From positions 434,001 to 498,000 of the forward strand of contig JBEUKZ010000032.1 of the NCBI GenBank assembly GCA_048128005.1: 64,000 bases of DNA. The letters run 5' to 3'. Below, one piece after another: positions 34,048 to 49,209 of this stretch. Each line of letters starts with the position of its first letter. Within the stretch, counting starts at the first letter, position 1. The DNA comes from Veleropilina oligotropha. Taxonomy: Eukaryota. The notes below the pieces were generated by a model, which saw only the letters and a list, made by a program, of their open reading frames with translations, made no database searches and was not told the DNA's origin. The position numbers were made by a program, and so were the translations under genes.

Positions 34048-37000
34048 AATTAAAGGGCACTAAAATTGTTATTCGCGATGACTTGACCAAGGTAAATCTA
34101 CATCTCCTGAACAGAGCCAAAGAACATCCGAGAATAAAAGTCTTCGCCGAAGCCCACAATGGCTACATGTTAAGGTTAAGGCCATTTCAAAGCATTGACG
34201 CACTAATAAACAACTTTAATATAAGACAATAAATTCAATGTAATTAATTGGTCAAAATTATAATGTTCATCAATATATATATGCTTCAATATATATTTTA
34301 CGCGTGACGCATGTCACATATTTTTGCGATAAAGAGTATTCTTTACTAAAATGCTCTACTGACAAATGATCATTTATTCAATAGCAACATCACTTGTCCA
34401 AGCTATTTTCCATATCCCATATATTTGTAAGCTAACTTATTTGTATCTATTGTATTGGATTGTTGTTTTCTTATTTCATTGCCTTTTATTTAGCAAACGC
34501 TAATATTTTGTTCTGTTGGCTCTTAAAATGGGCAATTCCTTAGAACAGCATAGGCTGTCGATAGGATTACATAATAACAATATTTGTAGGTGTACATATA
34601 ATGTTATGGAAAATCGTGGGTTTACACGCCAAGCAAGTTTTATTGATATCATCTACATGAACCTCTACATGCTATTATTTAAATTTCATATACTTTCATT
34701 AACATTACTAATGCCCGATGCAAATGTTCCCCTTATTATTTTGATTCTACTCATATTGGCCGGTGACGTACATAAAATTCCTGGCCCTTCTGTAGAAAAT
34801 AATCAATCATTTTTTAACATTTTCCATCAAAACGTACGCAGTATACGAAATAAGATATCTAGTATATGCGACATAAGTAATGATTATGATATTTTATGCT
34901 TTACTGAAACTCATTTAGACAACACTGTGTTAGATGGTTCTATTGATATACCACACTTCGGTAATATACTAAGAAAAGATAGAAATAGATATGGTGGTGG
35001 CATTGCCATTTATATACAGCAAACAGTTATTTATAAAAGGAGAATTGATCTTGAAACTAATAATCTGGAAATAATGTGGATAGAGTTAAATTTAAAATCG
35101 TACCATTTATTACTAGGATTATTGTATCGACCCCCAAATGCTCGTCATACATATTGGCCTCTTTTGAAGGACTGCCTATCGAAAATAGTTGCCGCAGCAA
35201 TCCCGATCGTGTTACTTGGTGACTTAAATATTGATCTTATGAACCCACCTTCTTCACACTTATCAGATATGCTCAGTATATACAATATGTGTAATATTCA
35301 AACCGAACCAACCATAATAACCCCAACAACAACTACGCTATTAGATCCGGTCATTATAAATTCAGATCTAACTTACTTTGATGCAGGCATTCATGACATT
35401 AATGTCAGTGACCATAAAGGTACTTACATTACGTTGAATGCTGGATTTAAAAAAAAATTATGCTACAAAAGAACAGTGTGGCTTTACAAAAGAGGAGATT
35501 TCGTCCATTTCAACCAATTGATACGGGAATACAGCTGGGAACATTTATTATCGAACAATGTCTCATTTGACGAAGCAACAATACTATTTACCCAAAAATT
35601 AATAGCTTTCGCCAAAGAGTGTATACCTTCGAAAAGAGTAATCATTAGAAGAAATGACAAAATTTGGTATAATTCTGAGATTCGAAAATTATCAAGGACA
35701 CGCGATCGACTTTACAAAAAAGCTCTCAAATCAAAATCTCTTGCACATTGGCAGCACTACAAAACAGTTAGAAACCACGTAAACAATATAATTAAAAACC
35801 AGAAGGAAAAGTTCAATACTGATGTTAATGACCTACTTAATAGTTCAAAAAACGACCCAAAAACGTTTTGGAAAATAATTAATTCTTGATAAAAGGGGAT
35901 TCTCAAGAGGTAATTCCACCAATTAACAAAGGTACCAGTTATGCTCATTCAGATCAAGAAAAAGCTGATTGATTAAACACTTTTTTTTCATCCATATCAG
36001 AAATGCAAATGGATACACCACTTCCTGATTTTGAATATAATTGCACTAACAGATTATGTAATATTGTCATCGGACGAAAATAAATAGAAGATACAATCGA
36101 CTCTTTACAAACTAATAAAGAATCGGGTCCAGATGGTGTTGGACATAAGATAATAAAACCTTTAAGCAAATCAATTTCCTTCCCATTAGCAATCCTCTAT
36201 AATAGGTCTCTTTATGAAAGTAAGTTCCCATCTTCATAGCCTATATGTCGCCGTTATTTAAAAAAGGCGACAAATCACTAGTAACCAATTACCGTCCTAT
36301 ATCGCTTTTAAGCTGTTTAGGGAAAATCATGGAGAGAATTATTCACAAAAATATGCATAATTATCTCTTGGTCAACAAGTTATTATACAAGTTCCAAAGT
36401 GGATTTCAGTCTAACCATTCTACCGTTTACCAACTCATCGAAATATATAACAACATATGTACTAGCCTTGAAAACCGAGAAGATATCTACTTTGTTTTCT
36501 TTGATGTGTCCAAAGCTTTTGATAAGGTGTGGCACCATGGACTGTTATACAAACTAAAGCAAATTGGTATAGCCGAAAATATACTCTCTTGGATAAAAGA
36601 TTTCTTATCTAACAGGAATCAGCAAGTTAGGGTTAACAATGAACTATCTTCGCATGAAATATTTACTCAGGTGTGCCTCAAGGATCTGTTTTAGGACCCC
36701 TGCTATTCCTTATTTATATTAATGATATTTATTTACATTTAGAGAGTCAGACAAGACTCTTTGCTGATGACACATCATTGTTTACTTCTAACCAAAATAT
36801 AGGTATCATCGAAACTACCATTAATTCTGACCTTGAACAGATTAATGACTGGGCAGCGAGATGGCATGTCGTTTTTAATTCCCCAAAAACGGAAGGCCTA
36901 TTTATAACGAATAGAGGATCCATGCCACCTAGCTTACTATTTCAAAATGCATCAATCGATTTTGTAAACGAACACAGACATCTGGGGCTCATAATCTCAA

Positions 37001-38280
37001 ATAATGGCAAATGGTCTGAACATATCACGTATATCATGAACAGAACTAGTAAAATGTTAAATATAATGCGTAAATTAAATTTCCTCTTCACAAGGATACA
37101 TTGTTAAAATTATATGTTATGTATATTCGCCCCATTCTCGAATATGGTTCTGAAGTTTGGTGTGGACTAACTCAATATGATTCCAATCGTTTAGATCTAA
37201 TACAAAAAGAAAGTTTAAGAATTGTAACTGGTCTTCCAAAATATGCTACAATCGAAAGTCTATATTTGGAACCTGGTAAAAAAACACTGTCAAAACGTCG
37301 GCCAGAAAAGAATCTAGACACATTATACAAAATAATAAATGGTACAACACCTGATTATCTTGCAATGTTATTACCAGCTCTAGTTGGAGAAACAAATGCT
37401 TATGCGCTTAGGAATTCTGACAATTTCATTGATTTACCTTATAGACTAAATTTATCAAAAAATTCTTTTTTCCCATCAACAATTAAAGTATGGAACACAT
37501 TGAATAGAGATACGCGAAATGCTAATAATATAAGATTATTTAAGCAACAAACACATGATACAGCAACTACACCAACAGCCTGTTTTATCTGTTCGAAATT
37601 TAGATGTTCATCACAGAAAACTACGCAGGAAATGCAGCTCCATACATTATGATTTATACATCAACCACATTATTGCAGATCCATCCTGCGAGTGTGGCCA
37701 CCCAAGAGAAGATGCAGATCATTATTTCTTCAATTGCCCAAAATACCATTCAATCAGGGAAACCCTTGACGATGATCTGAACATATTTAATGTAACATTA
37801 TCATTGGTACTATTCGGCGACTATGCCCTTTCAGACAATTCAAATAAATTCATATTTGAAAAAGTACAAATATTTATTAAACAATCCGAACGCTTCCTAT
37901 GACACTTTACATTACACACGCTAATCCACCACACCCTACATACACATTAATCGTTTGTTTTTTTGTACACTGTATATTAGCAGTATTTATCCAAATAAGT
38001 ATATGTCATAATAATAATATTAATAATATTCTAATTTGTTTGACACTTAATAGGATATAACGTTTATTCTAACTAGGACTTTATAATAATTAATTAAATA
38101 CAATATTCTTTATTGTAACAGCTTTTTCATTATCGATTATTTGTTATTATTTGTTATACGCTTGCATGTTCCGTCATATTAATATTATGTATTTGTAACT
38201 TGTTGGAAGAGGGCACTCGATAATGTTTTTGTAACTTTTTTGTCGATTCTTTTGCAGACTTGCAATAAAATATGTTTAAA
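34048..38280 (+). mobile_element. CR1 LINE (ORF1 tail plus decayed ORF2: endonuclease and RT)
   Basis: HQNVRSI, CFTETHL, YRPP, GDLN, SDH; NYRPISLL, FDVSKAFD, PQGSVLGP, FADDT; C-terminal CxCG...HYFFxC; ends aataaaatatgtttaaa. Confidence 0.9.
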
Positions 38281-38807
38281 GTAAAACTCACTAATTATTC
38301 TTATACTAAATTTAACAAGCGACATACCAAAATGCTTTAGAAGAAAGATTTATAATTACAATCAAGGCGACTACACAAACTTATCAGCTGCGCTAACAAA
38401 CATAAACTGGGAAGAATTTATCGACTCGTACGACAATGCCGACGACATATGTAACAAGAGCAATCAGAGGAGATTGCAAAACCTCGCCCAGGTGCCAAGA
38501 CTCACAATGGTGAACACCAGAAAAATCTATGATCGATAAATTTGTTATTACAGCAGAAAAAACGAAAACCGGATGTGCAGATCAGATGAAACCTTGAGCC
38601 GGGTGCTTTGACAGTATGTGATAAGACTGAAAAACTGTCAAAAATGAGCAACCAACTGTTTACTGTAATCCTCAATATTAGAAACAAATCTCATTTCAAC
38701 GTGAATTTTTATTTAATACATGAAATACGAACAAAGTAGTTGATGGATTTTTACCTGTTTTAACATCTGTGGTCATGTCGATGTTATCTCGTCAGGAAAG
38801 CCTCGAA

Positions 38808-38808
<1 letters not shown>

Positions 38809-38885
<77 letters not shown>
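38809..38885. repeat. (TA)n microsatellite
   Basis: Direct observation. Confidence 0.95.
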
Positions 38886-38888
<3 letters not shown>

Positions 38889-39274
38889 GGGGCGTCGGAA
38901 CGGGTCCGGCAGGTCCGGCACTTGCCGACCAATATTTTGGCCGATTGTGGACATTTGTCAAGGGCGGATCCATGGGGAGGGTTCAGGGAGTCCAGTAACA
39001 ATTTTGATGGTTATAAATATGACGTTATGCACTGTTAGAATGCAGGAAAGAGGGGTTCACACTGTTAATTGTCAAAAATTTTCCTCCGCGTTGGGGCCCC
39101 GCCCCCACGCAGATAATGTTAGAATATCCCGTTTCTTACTAATATGTATGTAGTATAACGAGATTGCATCACTGCATAGGAGAATGGTAGGCCTACATAA
39201 CATTCGCCGGACCAGTGGTAGGCCTACAATAACATAACATTCGCCGGACCAATGCCAATTTGCTTCCGACGCCC

Positions 39275-39395
<121 letters not shown>

Positions 39396-41010
39396 AACCC
39401 ACTACTTCGGACAGTTACGACCATCATCGCATGGGTGTCACTGTGTTTTATATGTGTTTTCGATGGAGATTACAAATTAATATTATATAATACTGGAACA
39501 GAAACGCGTCAGTTTATCAAGTGGATTTATGATGGTGCTCTGGTCACTATTGAGGTAACAAGGTGTATTGATGTGCAATAAAACACCTTTGAAACAGTAA
39601 TAACAGAAATAATGAAATAAATAATTTCCCTGTGAATGTGATCATCCTATCAAATGTGCATAAAAACATATCAAACGGTGACCCTGATCCCAATGATACG
39701 GACAAAGCATTGACATATATAAATATGCATTATAACCAAATTCTGCTCGTACAGGGAAATCGAAGAGATGCGGTGTACGAGGATCCAACGAAGGGGGCAA
39801 GGCATACCCAACACGGCCTATACATCAATTACATGGCGCTCTAATTAACCCACCAACAGACGGACTGAAACTTGAAAGCAGGGCCGTGCGGTCGACGGCA
39901 AATAGTGATCACATAACGATTGTACACAGTTTGAAAAAAAGTAATTCATGTGTATTCGGAAATATTAAATCCTTAATGTTGTTTAATAATATTATAAAGA
40001 TTTGTGTCGTCAATGACAATTAAGCTCGTTTCCATTCTGGGGGCAGTCGTCACTGACTCCGTGAATCTTTGGCCCATTTGAGTATTTATTTACCAGACAC
40101 ATGCACGAAATATATTGTATCACATGACAAACCTGTTATGGAACGGCATAAGCCGTTCCATAAATTTATATACGAAAAGACACGTCTCATAAGTATGCAA
40201 TTGAGGGCGAGCATGACGGCCGATTATCGCATCTGGCGCCAAGTTGATTCGGCGGCGAATCACCCTTATTAACATAATGAATAATTCATACGCGTTGACT
40301 AGTCGATTACTGACGTTGAACTATTTTTTATTGGCGTACTGGCGTGGCGCGTGCTTTCGAGGCGTGATGCGTCTGGGGCATGGCATTTTATGGCTGAAAG
40401 TACTGACAAAAATCAGTTTAAAAACGTAAAGAAATGAGTTTAAAAACGTAATAAAATAATTCTAAAAGTAAATAAAGTCATGTGATAAAGAAGATATCAA
40501 ACTTGTATCCATTTCATATGAGAATTATAAAACTCGTCAGCAAATTTATGTACCTCGCCAAGGCTCGGTACATACATTGTGCCCGACTCGTTTCATAATT
40601 CTCATATGGAATGGACACTCGTTCGATATCCTCTATATATGTTCCGTCTGCAGTTACGCTGATAAAAGTCAGTCTACAAACCGTGTCGTAGTTCAACAGA
40701 AGTTTATTAATTAGTCATAATTCCTTCCTATAACTCTCTAACACCCTGCGACTGATAACACTCGTTCTACCAGCCATTAATTTTGTTTACATACCAGATT
40801 CCCCACGTGACCTCTGGTACTATATATAGCATGTCCAATTCTGGCCGGCTAAATTTAGTTACGGGATAGCCGATTTGTTATATCGCGATATTAAACAGCG
40901 ATGAAATGTTTTATAAAAGGCTGAAAATTTAATAGTTACTGAAGATATATACCTGAAATTTTCAAGAAAGATAGATTACGGTAACCAGCAGTATCACGGA
41001 ATCAACAGTA

Positions 41011-42150
41011 TTTAAAGAGCTATCACAAATATCGCAATGTCTCGATGATTTTGATATAGGAACAAAAATTGTTGCTACAAATTCTCTCAAACACATAAAG
41101 TATATCGATAAGAGTTGTAGATAATGTCCCACTCTGTCACTTGGTAAAATTTGAGGTGTTTTGTTTCAGTAGTTACAAATTTACAGCATTTATTTGCAGT
41201 TTGCTTTTGTTGATTTCTAAAATGCTTATAAAGTTGCCATTTCACATTATTTTAAAAATATTTTTGCTGATATCAATATAATTTCATCATGACTATGATT
41301 TGCATAATGAATTTACAATTTAAATAGATTTGGCGAAATTATAAATTGATCCCCTATTTTTAAAATTTTAAATCCCCCTGGCGGCCATCTAATGATGATC
41401 TTACAAGTGTAAGATAGATTCTATATAATTACCCTTGCCTCCGGAGGAGAGGCGAGGTTATTGCAATCGGCTCCGTATGTATGTATGTCTGCATGTATGT
41501 ATGTATGTATGGACATTCGCATAACTCGAAAACTAGTGATACGATTTACTTTAAATTTTTACACAAGATAGGGTTTCTCCCTGGCTCGGTCCTCCTCGAA
41601 GATGGTCACGATTGTGTCCGGGTTCGGATTTTATGATGCAATATCCGGTTTACACGTTTTGGGCTGTAGCGTTAAAACGCTTCATCGTACAAACTTCAAA
41701 ATAGGCTCACAATATTCTTCAGATCAGGGGTCAATGACAACATGAGTTATATAGAATCTATCTCACACAATATGGCTGCCAGGGGGGTTAAAATTTAAAA
41801 AATAGGGGGTCAATTTCTAATTTCGCCAAATCGAATTAAATAATGTAAATTCGTTATGCAAATCATAGTCATGATGAAATTATATTGATATCAGCAAAAA
41901 TATTTATAAAATAATGTGAAATGTGAACTTTATAAGCATTTTAGAAATCAATCAAAGCAAATTGCAAATAAATGCCGTAAATCTGTAACCACTGAAACCA
42001 GACACTTCAAATTAAACCAAGTGACAGAGTGGGGCATTATCTACACCTCTTATCGATATACTTTATGTGTTTGAGCGAATTTGTAGCAATAATTTTTGCT
42101 CCGAGGTCAAAATAGTCCAGACGTTGCGATATTTGTGATAGCTCTTTAAA
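41011..42150. mobile_element. Fold-back MITE with ~390 bp inverted arms and TTTAAA ends (Kolobok-like), holding a second repeat in its centre
   Basis: tttaaagagctatcacaaatatcgc... is mirrored by ...gcgatatttgtgatagctctttaaa; related arms recur at ~43450-43790 and the central repeat at ~44230-44500. Confidence 0.65.
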
Positions 42151-45100
42151 GATCCATTGCCCGTAATGATCGCATATAGCTCTACAAAGCCTTACCTACA
42201 TATATGTGTATGTTACAAATAGTTTTGATGATTCAAATTGGATGAACAAACATTGTTTGCCGCTTTATAACAGAAAATCTCTGCCGAAATCGCTGCTAAC
42301 CGCCAATTAATGCGTGACAATTCGCGCAATCCCAATTCGGGAATTTACCATTAGTCCATTTCGAGTACACTTTTTATCGAAACATGCAGACGCTACGTCA
42401 AATATGAATAATTTATTTATCTACAATATTATAAAATAGTAAATAGGTGATAATTTTGCAGCTCAACTTTCCCCATTGCCAAAGTTAGCTTCGACCGTGC
42501 CGAACTTGACGAAATTTCTTTCGGGACACGTCCGTTACCCAATAATAAAACCGGATCTGGTTTTATTATTTTTAACTTGCAATTCATAGGCGCTCCAGAG
42601 ACCCCATCTATAGAATTTTTTGAAAAAATTGCAAAGTTTCTAACTTGAGCTAAGTGGCAAAATTACATTTGCGGTCTGGGGTTTAAAATTAAAAGCATTT
42701 TTCGCTACTTACGGGCAATGCAACTTTAAATACTGCTAACACCGTTATATAATTTACACCATTCAGCACGGTTACCGTAACCTATCTTTCTTGAAATTAG
42801 TAACTTTTGAGTTATTGCGAGTTATGTATTGTCAACTTCGTCAAAAATATAACACCAAATATAAATAGCCTAAATTATCCGTAGTAATTAGACTGTCTGT
42901 ATGGCGTAAACGGCTAAGGCGTTGGCGAGATATCTAGAGGTCAGGGGTTCAACTCCCGTTACCCCCAAAATATTCATTTTCATTTAAATTTTGATATTCC
43001 TTATTTTTTTTTATTTGTGATTTCATTTTATGATTGTAATTCATGTTTAGAAATATTGATCGTAGACATTTCTGGCTTTCACCATCGTCTTCCGTGGCGA
43101 GGGTTTGAAATCTCCTCTGATTGCTCTTGGTTATAGTTGTTTTACAATAGGTTCCGTATGTATGTGTTTATGTCCATTCGCCTAAATCGAAAACCATTGA
43201 TCCGATTTACTTGAAATTTTCTCCGTGGCTCAGTCCTCTTCGAAAATATTCTGGATTGGAACCCGGGTCTGAATTTTATGACGCAATGTCCGGTCTACAG
43301 ATTTTCGTCAGTAGTGTTAAAACACTTCGTCGTACAAACTTCAAATTATGCCTATATCACAATACATCGGTCGCCGTGCGATGGGGGATAATCGTACGGC
43401 GTTCCGGCTTCCCCGACATCGGGAAAGAATCGTAGGTTTCTGGCAAAAATCTGTAATTTCGCCAAATCGAATTAAATTGTGTAACTTCGTAATGCAAATG
43501 GTAGTCCTGATGAAATTATATTGACATCAGCAAAAATATTTCGAAAATAATGTGAAATGTGAACTTTATAAGCATTTTAGAAATCAACCAAATTAAAATG
43601 TAACAAAGGGCCGTAAATCGGTAACCACTATCACCAGTCACTTCAAATTTTAACACGTGACAGAGTGAGACATTATCTACAACTCTTATCGATATACTGT
43701 GTGTGCTCGAGCGAATTTATAGCAATAATATTTGTTCCGAAATTAAAATCGTCGAGACGTTGCGATATTTGCGATTGCTCTTTAAATACTGCTGACGCCG
43801 TGATATAATTTACACCATTAAGCATGGTTACCGTAATTTACCTTTCTTTAAAATTTCAGGTATATCGCTTCAGTAACTATTGAGTTATTGCGAGTTAATT
43901 ATTGTCAGCTGCAATACCAAAATCGAACTCCAAGCATACATAGCCTACAATCGCCGCTATATTTAAATATCTACGGTTAAGGTGTCGTCGATTAATGTTG
44001 AGGTCTGTGGTTAAGGTGTCGTCGATTAATGTTGAGATCTGCGGTTCAAATCTCGTTACCTCCAATTTTTTTAAAGTTTTGTTATTAGTACTTGAATTTT
44101 GTTATGATTTGTCATCACATTTTTATGATTGTAATTCATGTTCAGAAATATTTAATTATGACGTTCGCCGTCGTCTTCCTTGGCCCATGGCGAGGGTTTG
44201 AAATCTCCTCTGATTGCTCTTGTTCATGTTGTCATTGGCCCCTGATCTAAAGAAAATTTTGAGCCTATTTTGAAGTTTGGACGATGAAGCGTTTTAACGC
44301 TACAGCCGAAACTGTGTAAACCGGATATTGCGTCATAAAATCCGAACCCGGATCACAATCCGGACCATCTTTGAGGAGATCCGAGCCAGAAAGAAACCCT
44401 ACCTTGTGTAAAAAATTCAAGTAAATCGGATAAATAGTTTTCGAGTTATGCGAATGGACATACATACATACATACAGACTCCGGAGGAGAGGCGAGGGTA
44501 TATATCACCGGAAACATTATGATGGGGTGATTAATCGTATACAAATGGTCTGTTATCAATTTGCGAGATATATGCCTTCTTTTAAAAAATCATGGCTGAA
44601 GATAATGATTTGCCTGTTTATTTTACGATTGGGTCGAACGTGAACGCCTGTATTCGCGGTTACCATAATTATATAGTCTCCGCAAATAAAGAACACAAAT
44701 TGATGACGTTCTGTGTTACAATTTGATCTTCGCATTCTGGGGTGAGTTCAGTTGAAAGCGAACGTTAGCAAACGCCACCTAACGTTAGCTAACTATTCCT
44801 TTTGAACGATTTTCTTAACAAAACGTTAGCGAAAGGATAGAGAACGGTCAGCTGACACAACATGGCTGCCAGTAAATATAAAATGTTTCTGTTACATTCG
44901 AAATAGTTGAATAGTTTGGATAATGCTTAACAAAATGTCAATCTTTCACTTAAACGCTATTACATTTCTCTGATTTTCGTTTTTTTGCTCTTTGCTGCAT
45001 CGTATTATAAATAACAACAACTTTAGTTGAATTCAAGGGGGACAATTTATTTATCGCTGGCCATGTGAGGTAAAATGCATCATATATTTATTGTGGTTAA

Positions 45101-45699
45101 TTTTAATAGTTAAACGGATCATCTGCAACGTGCATATGTTCAATACTAAAAGCAATATGAAATGGAATACAGATGAAAAATAACCAGCCTTGTAATCCAT
45201 AAATTATTTGTTTACCAAGAAACTTGTTGATCTGTTAGAACGACGGAAGTTGTCAACTGGCGTTCAGTATTCCAGAAAGCGTTAGGTGGTGTTAGCTAAC
45301 GCCAGGCACACGTTCGCGTTAGTTTGCGAAAACTCTATTTGATAAACCCCTCTAATGAATATGGTGTACACATGGGGTCGTGTCTCGTACATGACTAAGG
45401 CTACGCGTAGCCTAAGTCGGTGAGGATATCCGGCTAAGAAAATACCTTAGTTGGATAAGAAAATGTCATATCCGGCTAAGGTTGTTGGGCAGCTTTGCAT
45501 GCATCTAATACAGAGGAAAGACGACTATATATTTTCCGAGCATATCACATACATGACTTCGACTAACCGTAGCCAAAGTCGGTGACGATAGCCAGCTAAG
45601 AGCATTTCACAAAACCTGCACTATTATATTTTCAGAAACATTACGGTATGACATGCTTTGTTCTTTAACGCAAATTGCAATTGTACTTTCACCAAGACA

Positions 45700-46530
45700 T
45701 TCACGAAGACATTGGGTGGCCTAAGTTTGACAGTTAACATATCAACATAAAGAATGCATTCTGGTGGTGGCTCCCCTTTAAGAAAGAAGGAGTGAGTGCA
45801 GCACAATTCCCAATCCTCAGTCGAGCCCAGCCGCCTTCTTCACACCGTACAAGCCTGTAAGAGATGCGAAGACGTTGGACATTCTGCAGTTTATTCCTCG
45901 TGTAATCCATCCCAATAATGTTTCCAGGTAAAAATCTGAGCACAGTATTTTGAACTTGTTAGGCTGATTAAAATGCAGGCTGATTTGGCTGCCTTATCAG
46001 TTATTTCATTCCTTGGATGCCAATATCCAGCATAAAAAGATGTCATTATTGGTTAAGAGACTATTGAGTTTGAGAAAAAGATGTTGTATTAAAGCATTTA
46101 TATTCATCCCCCTCAATGCTTGGAGGCTAGAGAGAAAATCTGAATAGACGAAAAGCAACATTTAGCCATTTTAGGGATAAAGTCAAATGTTAAAACAATT
46201 GCTTTTAATTCAGTATTCTTTACCCAATAGTGTGTATGATTATTCTAGATAGTCAAATGTTAAATCTATTGCTTTTAATTCAGAATCATTTAACCAATAG
46301 GGTATATACTTATTCTATCAGATTATTTTAGTGTCAAATCATTTAATTAAGATAGGTTTTCAGTTATTCCCGTGTCTGCTATTAAGTGCTGCAAGTTAAA
46401 TGTAGATTACGGTTGCTTTATTGTCCATAGTTGTGTATCCGATATGAAATTTATTTCAACTTCTAAATGTATGCCTGAATTTTTCAATGCTGGTTTTATT
46501 CGGATACCACATTATGTTAAACTGGCGACC
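45700..46530 (-). mobile_element. Decayed RNase H-bearing (I/Nimb-like) LINE fragment
   Basis: Homologous to 49210-50150 (CTHSFFLKGEPPPEC; FVYSDFLSSLQAL). Confidence 0.6.
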
Positions 46531-46714
46531 CAACCACAATACCTCAAATCTAACCAATTCATATAAAGTCAAATCCACAAAGATATATTCATCAACAGAC
46601 AGAAATGGCGCAATGTTAATTGGTGCCTAATTCTAATTCACCAAATTCTAAGTAAATTAACGTTTGTGGCTAAATTTCCTCAGCACTACGGATTCATGCG
46701 GGAATGAATAATAC

Positions 46715-46874
46715 CTGGGGTAGTCTGTCGCTTTAAGCTTCGTGTCTCTAGCCGTCATCAGCGCAATGATCAACTCTGAAGACGATCCAGACCCCACGGC
46801 ACCGCCTGCCGTCTCTGGATACCCGAATAAGTCAGCAGTCCATCGAATCATTATGCGCTCCACCTCGCAAGACC
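46715..46874 (-). CDS. Internal exon of the group II PLP-dependent decarboxylase
   Basis: 160 bp exon bounded by ttacAG and GTatta; encodes GSCEVERIMIRWTADLFGYPETAGGAVGSGSSSELIIALMTARDTKLKATDYPR, the E..x.W..L.G.P...GG..SG.S...AL..AR region of this family. Confidence 0.85.
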
Positions 46875-47096
46875 CTGTAAAATATCTCTCATGGACAGTA
46901 TGTGTATGTGAATGCTTCCTCTCCAAATTTTGATTTTTGCTACTCTCTTGCCTTAACTGTTCACAAAACATCACTGGCAAACCGCAAAAACTGTGTGGTT
47001 AGACTAAAGGTACTCAGGCGTGATAATGTCTCACCTCTAGTTATTTCTCTACCAGTTCAGGCAGGAACTGTTTATAGTCTTTCAAATCCATGCCAT

Positions 47097-47346
47097 GCAT
47101 ATTTATCTTACTTGCTTCCAACAGCCCCATTGTCTGCACTTATTTATCTTACTTGCTACCAACAGCCCCATTGTCTGCACTTATTTATCTTACTTGCTTC
47201 CCACAGCCCCATTGTCTGCACTTATTTATCTTACTTGCTTCCCACAGCCCCATTGTCTGCACTTATTTATCTTACTTGCTTCCCACAGCCCCATTGTCTG
47301 CACTTATTTATCTTACTTGCTCCCCACAGCCCCATTGTCTGCACTA
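47097..47346. repeat. Minisatellite, 41-bp unit, about 6 copies
   Basis: Unit cttatttatcttacttgcttcccacagccccattgtctgca, head to tail with no spacers. Confidence 0.92.
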
Positions 47347-47821
47347 TCTTATCTCTGGCAGCGTCCACCACGATCAATCCGCTCATCCTCTGGCACTCGC
47401 ATTCTTTGGAACACGGTACCATAGCGTATCTTCTGAACACTCAATGGCTTATGAACGTCCAATGACAAAATGTCTTTTAGAGAATCAATGAAAAGGTATT
47501 TATTCCGGAATTATTATCAATTCCCTCTCAATAAGATATATACGGATGTTTGTGCTGTTTGTATTAATTTTTCTACATGTGTTAAATTGGTCTGTTAATT
47601 TTGCAGCGAAAAGTGCTGGATTCATCTTGCCAATCTCGCGTTTTAAAACCACAAATATCCTTATTATTACATTATTTAGTCCGTAATACATCATGTTCCA
47701 ATCTAGAATTTAGGGAAATCCTCGACATTTAATAAATGACGACATTTACATCGGTTTTGGTTGGATCGATTATAACACCATTAATGATCATATCAGGACA
47801 TGGCCATATTATCACAGGAGA

Positions 47822-48090
47822 AGGCCGCTTCGACAGTACAGTGGTATCGGTTGCGGACTCCGAAAATCACTGACTTGATTCTGCTGATGCGAACAGTAGT
47901 GGGCTCAAACCTCGGCAGGGGCAGCACACATTTGTTCAAATTATGAATCACAGTTGTCCGTAACTGGTCGGAGAGGGCGGGTTTACCCGGGCGACCGGTC
48001 TTTCCTCCAGCGATAATACGGACATGTACTGCTTTGAACCAAATGATGGTTGAAAATATACAGGACATTAAGCATCGATCCTTTCCTTTC
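47822..48090 (+). mobile_element. tRNA-derived SINE copy
   Basis: Same family as 29591-29850 in the opposite orientation; a further decayed copy lies at ~48290-48510. Confidence 0.75.
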
Positions 48091-48847
48091 GCAAGAGAAA
48101 ATTACGCCTCGGTCAGTTATGGACAACTGTGCACTGTGGGGGGCGAGGGCTCCAACCCGTTTATGGGCAGCAGAGTCGACAGAGGCAGGAACCTTGTACA
48201 TTTGTCAAGATATACTTTTAACACCAGAAAACATGCCGCCGAAGTAGCGCTCTAACGCTCACCACGTAGAAGGATTGGATTGGAGTGGATCGACGTTTAA
48301 TCTCCTGTATATTTACACCCAGCAGGAAAGCCCGGCCGACCATGGAAACCCGCCCTCTCAGACCAGTTACGGACAACTGTGATACATAACTGAACAAATA
48401 ATGCCAATGCCCCATCTGAGCTTTGAATCCACTGATGTTCGTGTCAGCGGAATCAAGCCAGTGATTTCAGAGTCCGAAATTTAAAACACACAAATCTCGG
48501 AGCGGCCCATGAATGGTAGTCACCGGTTTAACATTTCATCCGACAGACGGATGCTGTGTGCTTCCGGGAATCGAATTCAGATATCTAGGGTTGCTGACCA
48601 CTAAGCTACGGTCCCTTCCACCCATAATTCTAATGTTGTACACTTTGCTCAATGAACAGGCACCATTGCCCGTAACTGATCGGGGTATCTAGGACGACAG
48701 AATTTTCTTCTCGGTATACTATGGATATTTAATAGCATGACCGATTGATTGATTGGTTGAATTGATGTTTAACGGCCACACCAACAATATTTCAGTCGTA
48801 ATCGGGTCGATAAACTTTAAATGCTAAAATTACCTGATATATTTGAA

Positions 48848-49110
48848 GGAGGAGGAGGAATTATGCTTAATGTCCTGTATATTTATAACATCGAGGTTCA
48901 AGGCAGGACATGTCCGTGTTATCGCGGGAGGAAACCCCAGTCGCCGGGTAAACCCGCCCTCTTTGGCCAGTCACGGACAACTGTGCTTCATAACTTGAAC
49001 AAATGTGTGCTGCCTCAGCCGGGGGTCGATCCCACTACTGTTCGCGTCAGCGGAAACAAGCCAGTGAATTTAGAGTGGACACTCTACCGACTGCGCTACC
49101 GAAGCGGCCC
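48848..49110 (-). mobile_element. tRNA-derived SINE, full length
   Basis: Near-identical to 29591-29850; 12-bp TSD gatatatttgaa at 48836-48847 and 49111-49122. Confidence 0.88.
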
Positions 49111-49209
49111 GATATATTTGAAACAGTATTCACTTTTTACATATGAGACATATATATACAATTAAATAAATATAAATTTGAATACAAATTTTCTGCCAGC
49201 AGATTTGGA

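Noticed and set aside
47097..47346. Possible CRISPR array or repeat protein
   Set aside because: 41-bp units are head to tail with no spacers and no cas genes; the ORFs in all three frames arise from a stop-free unit.
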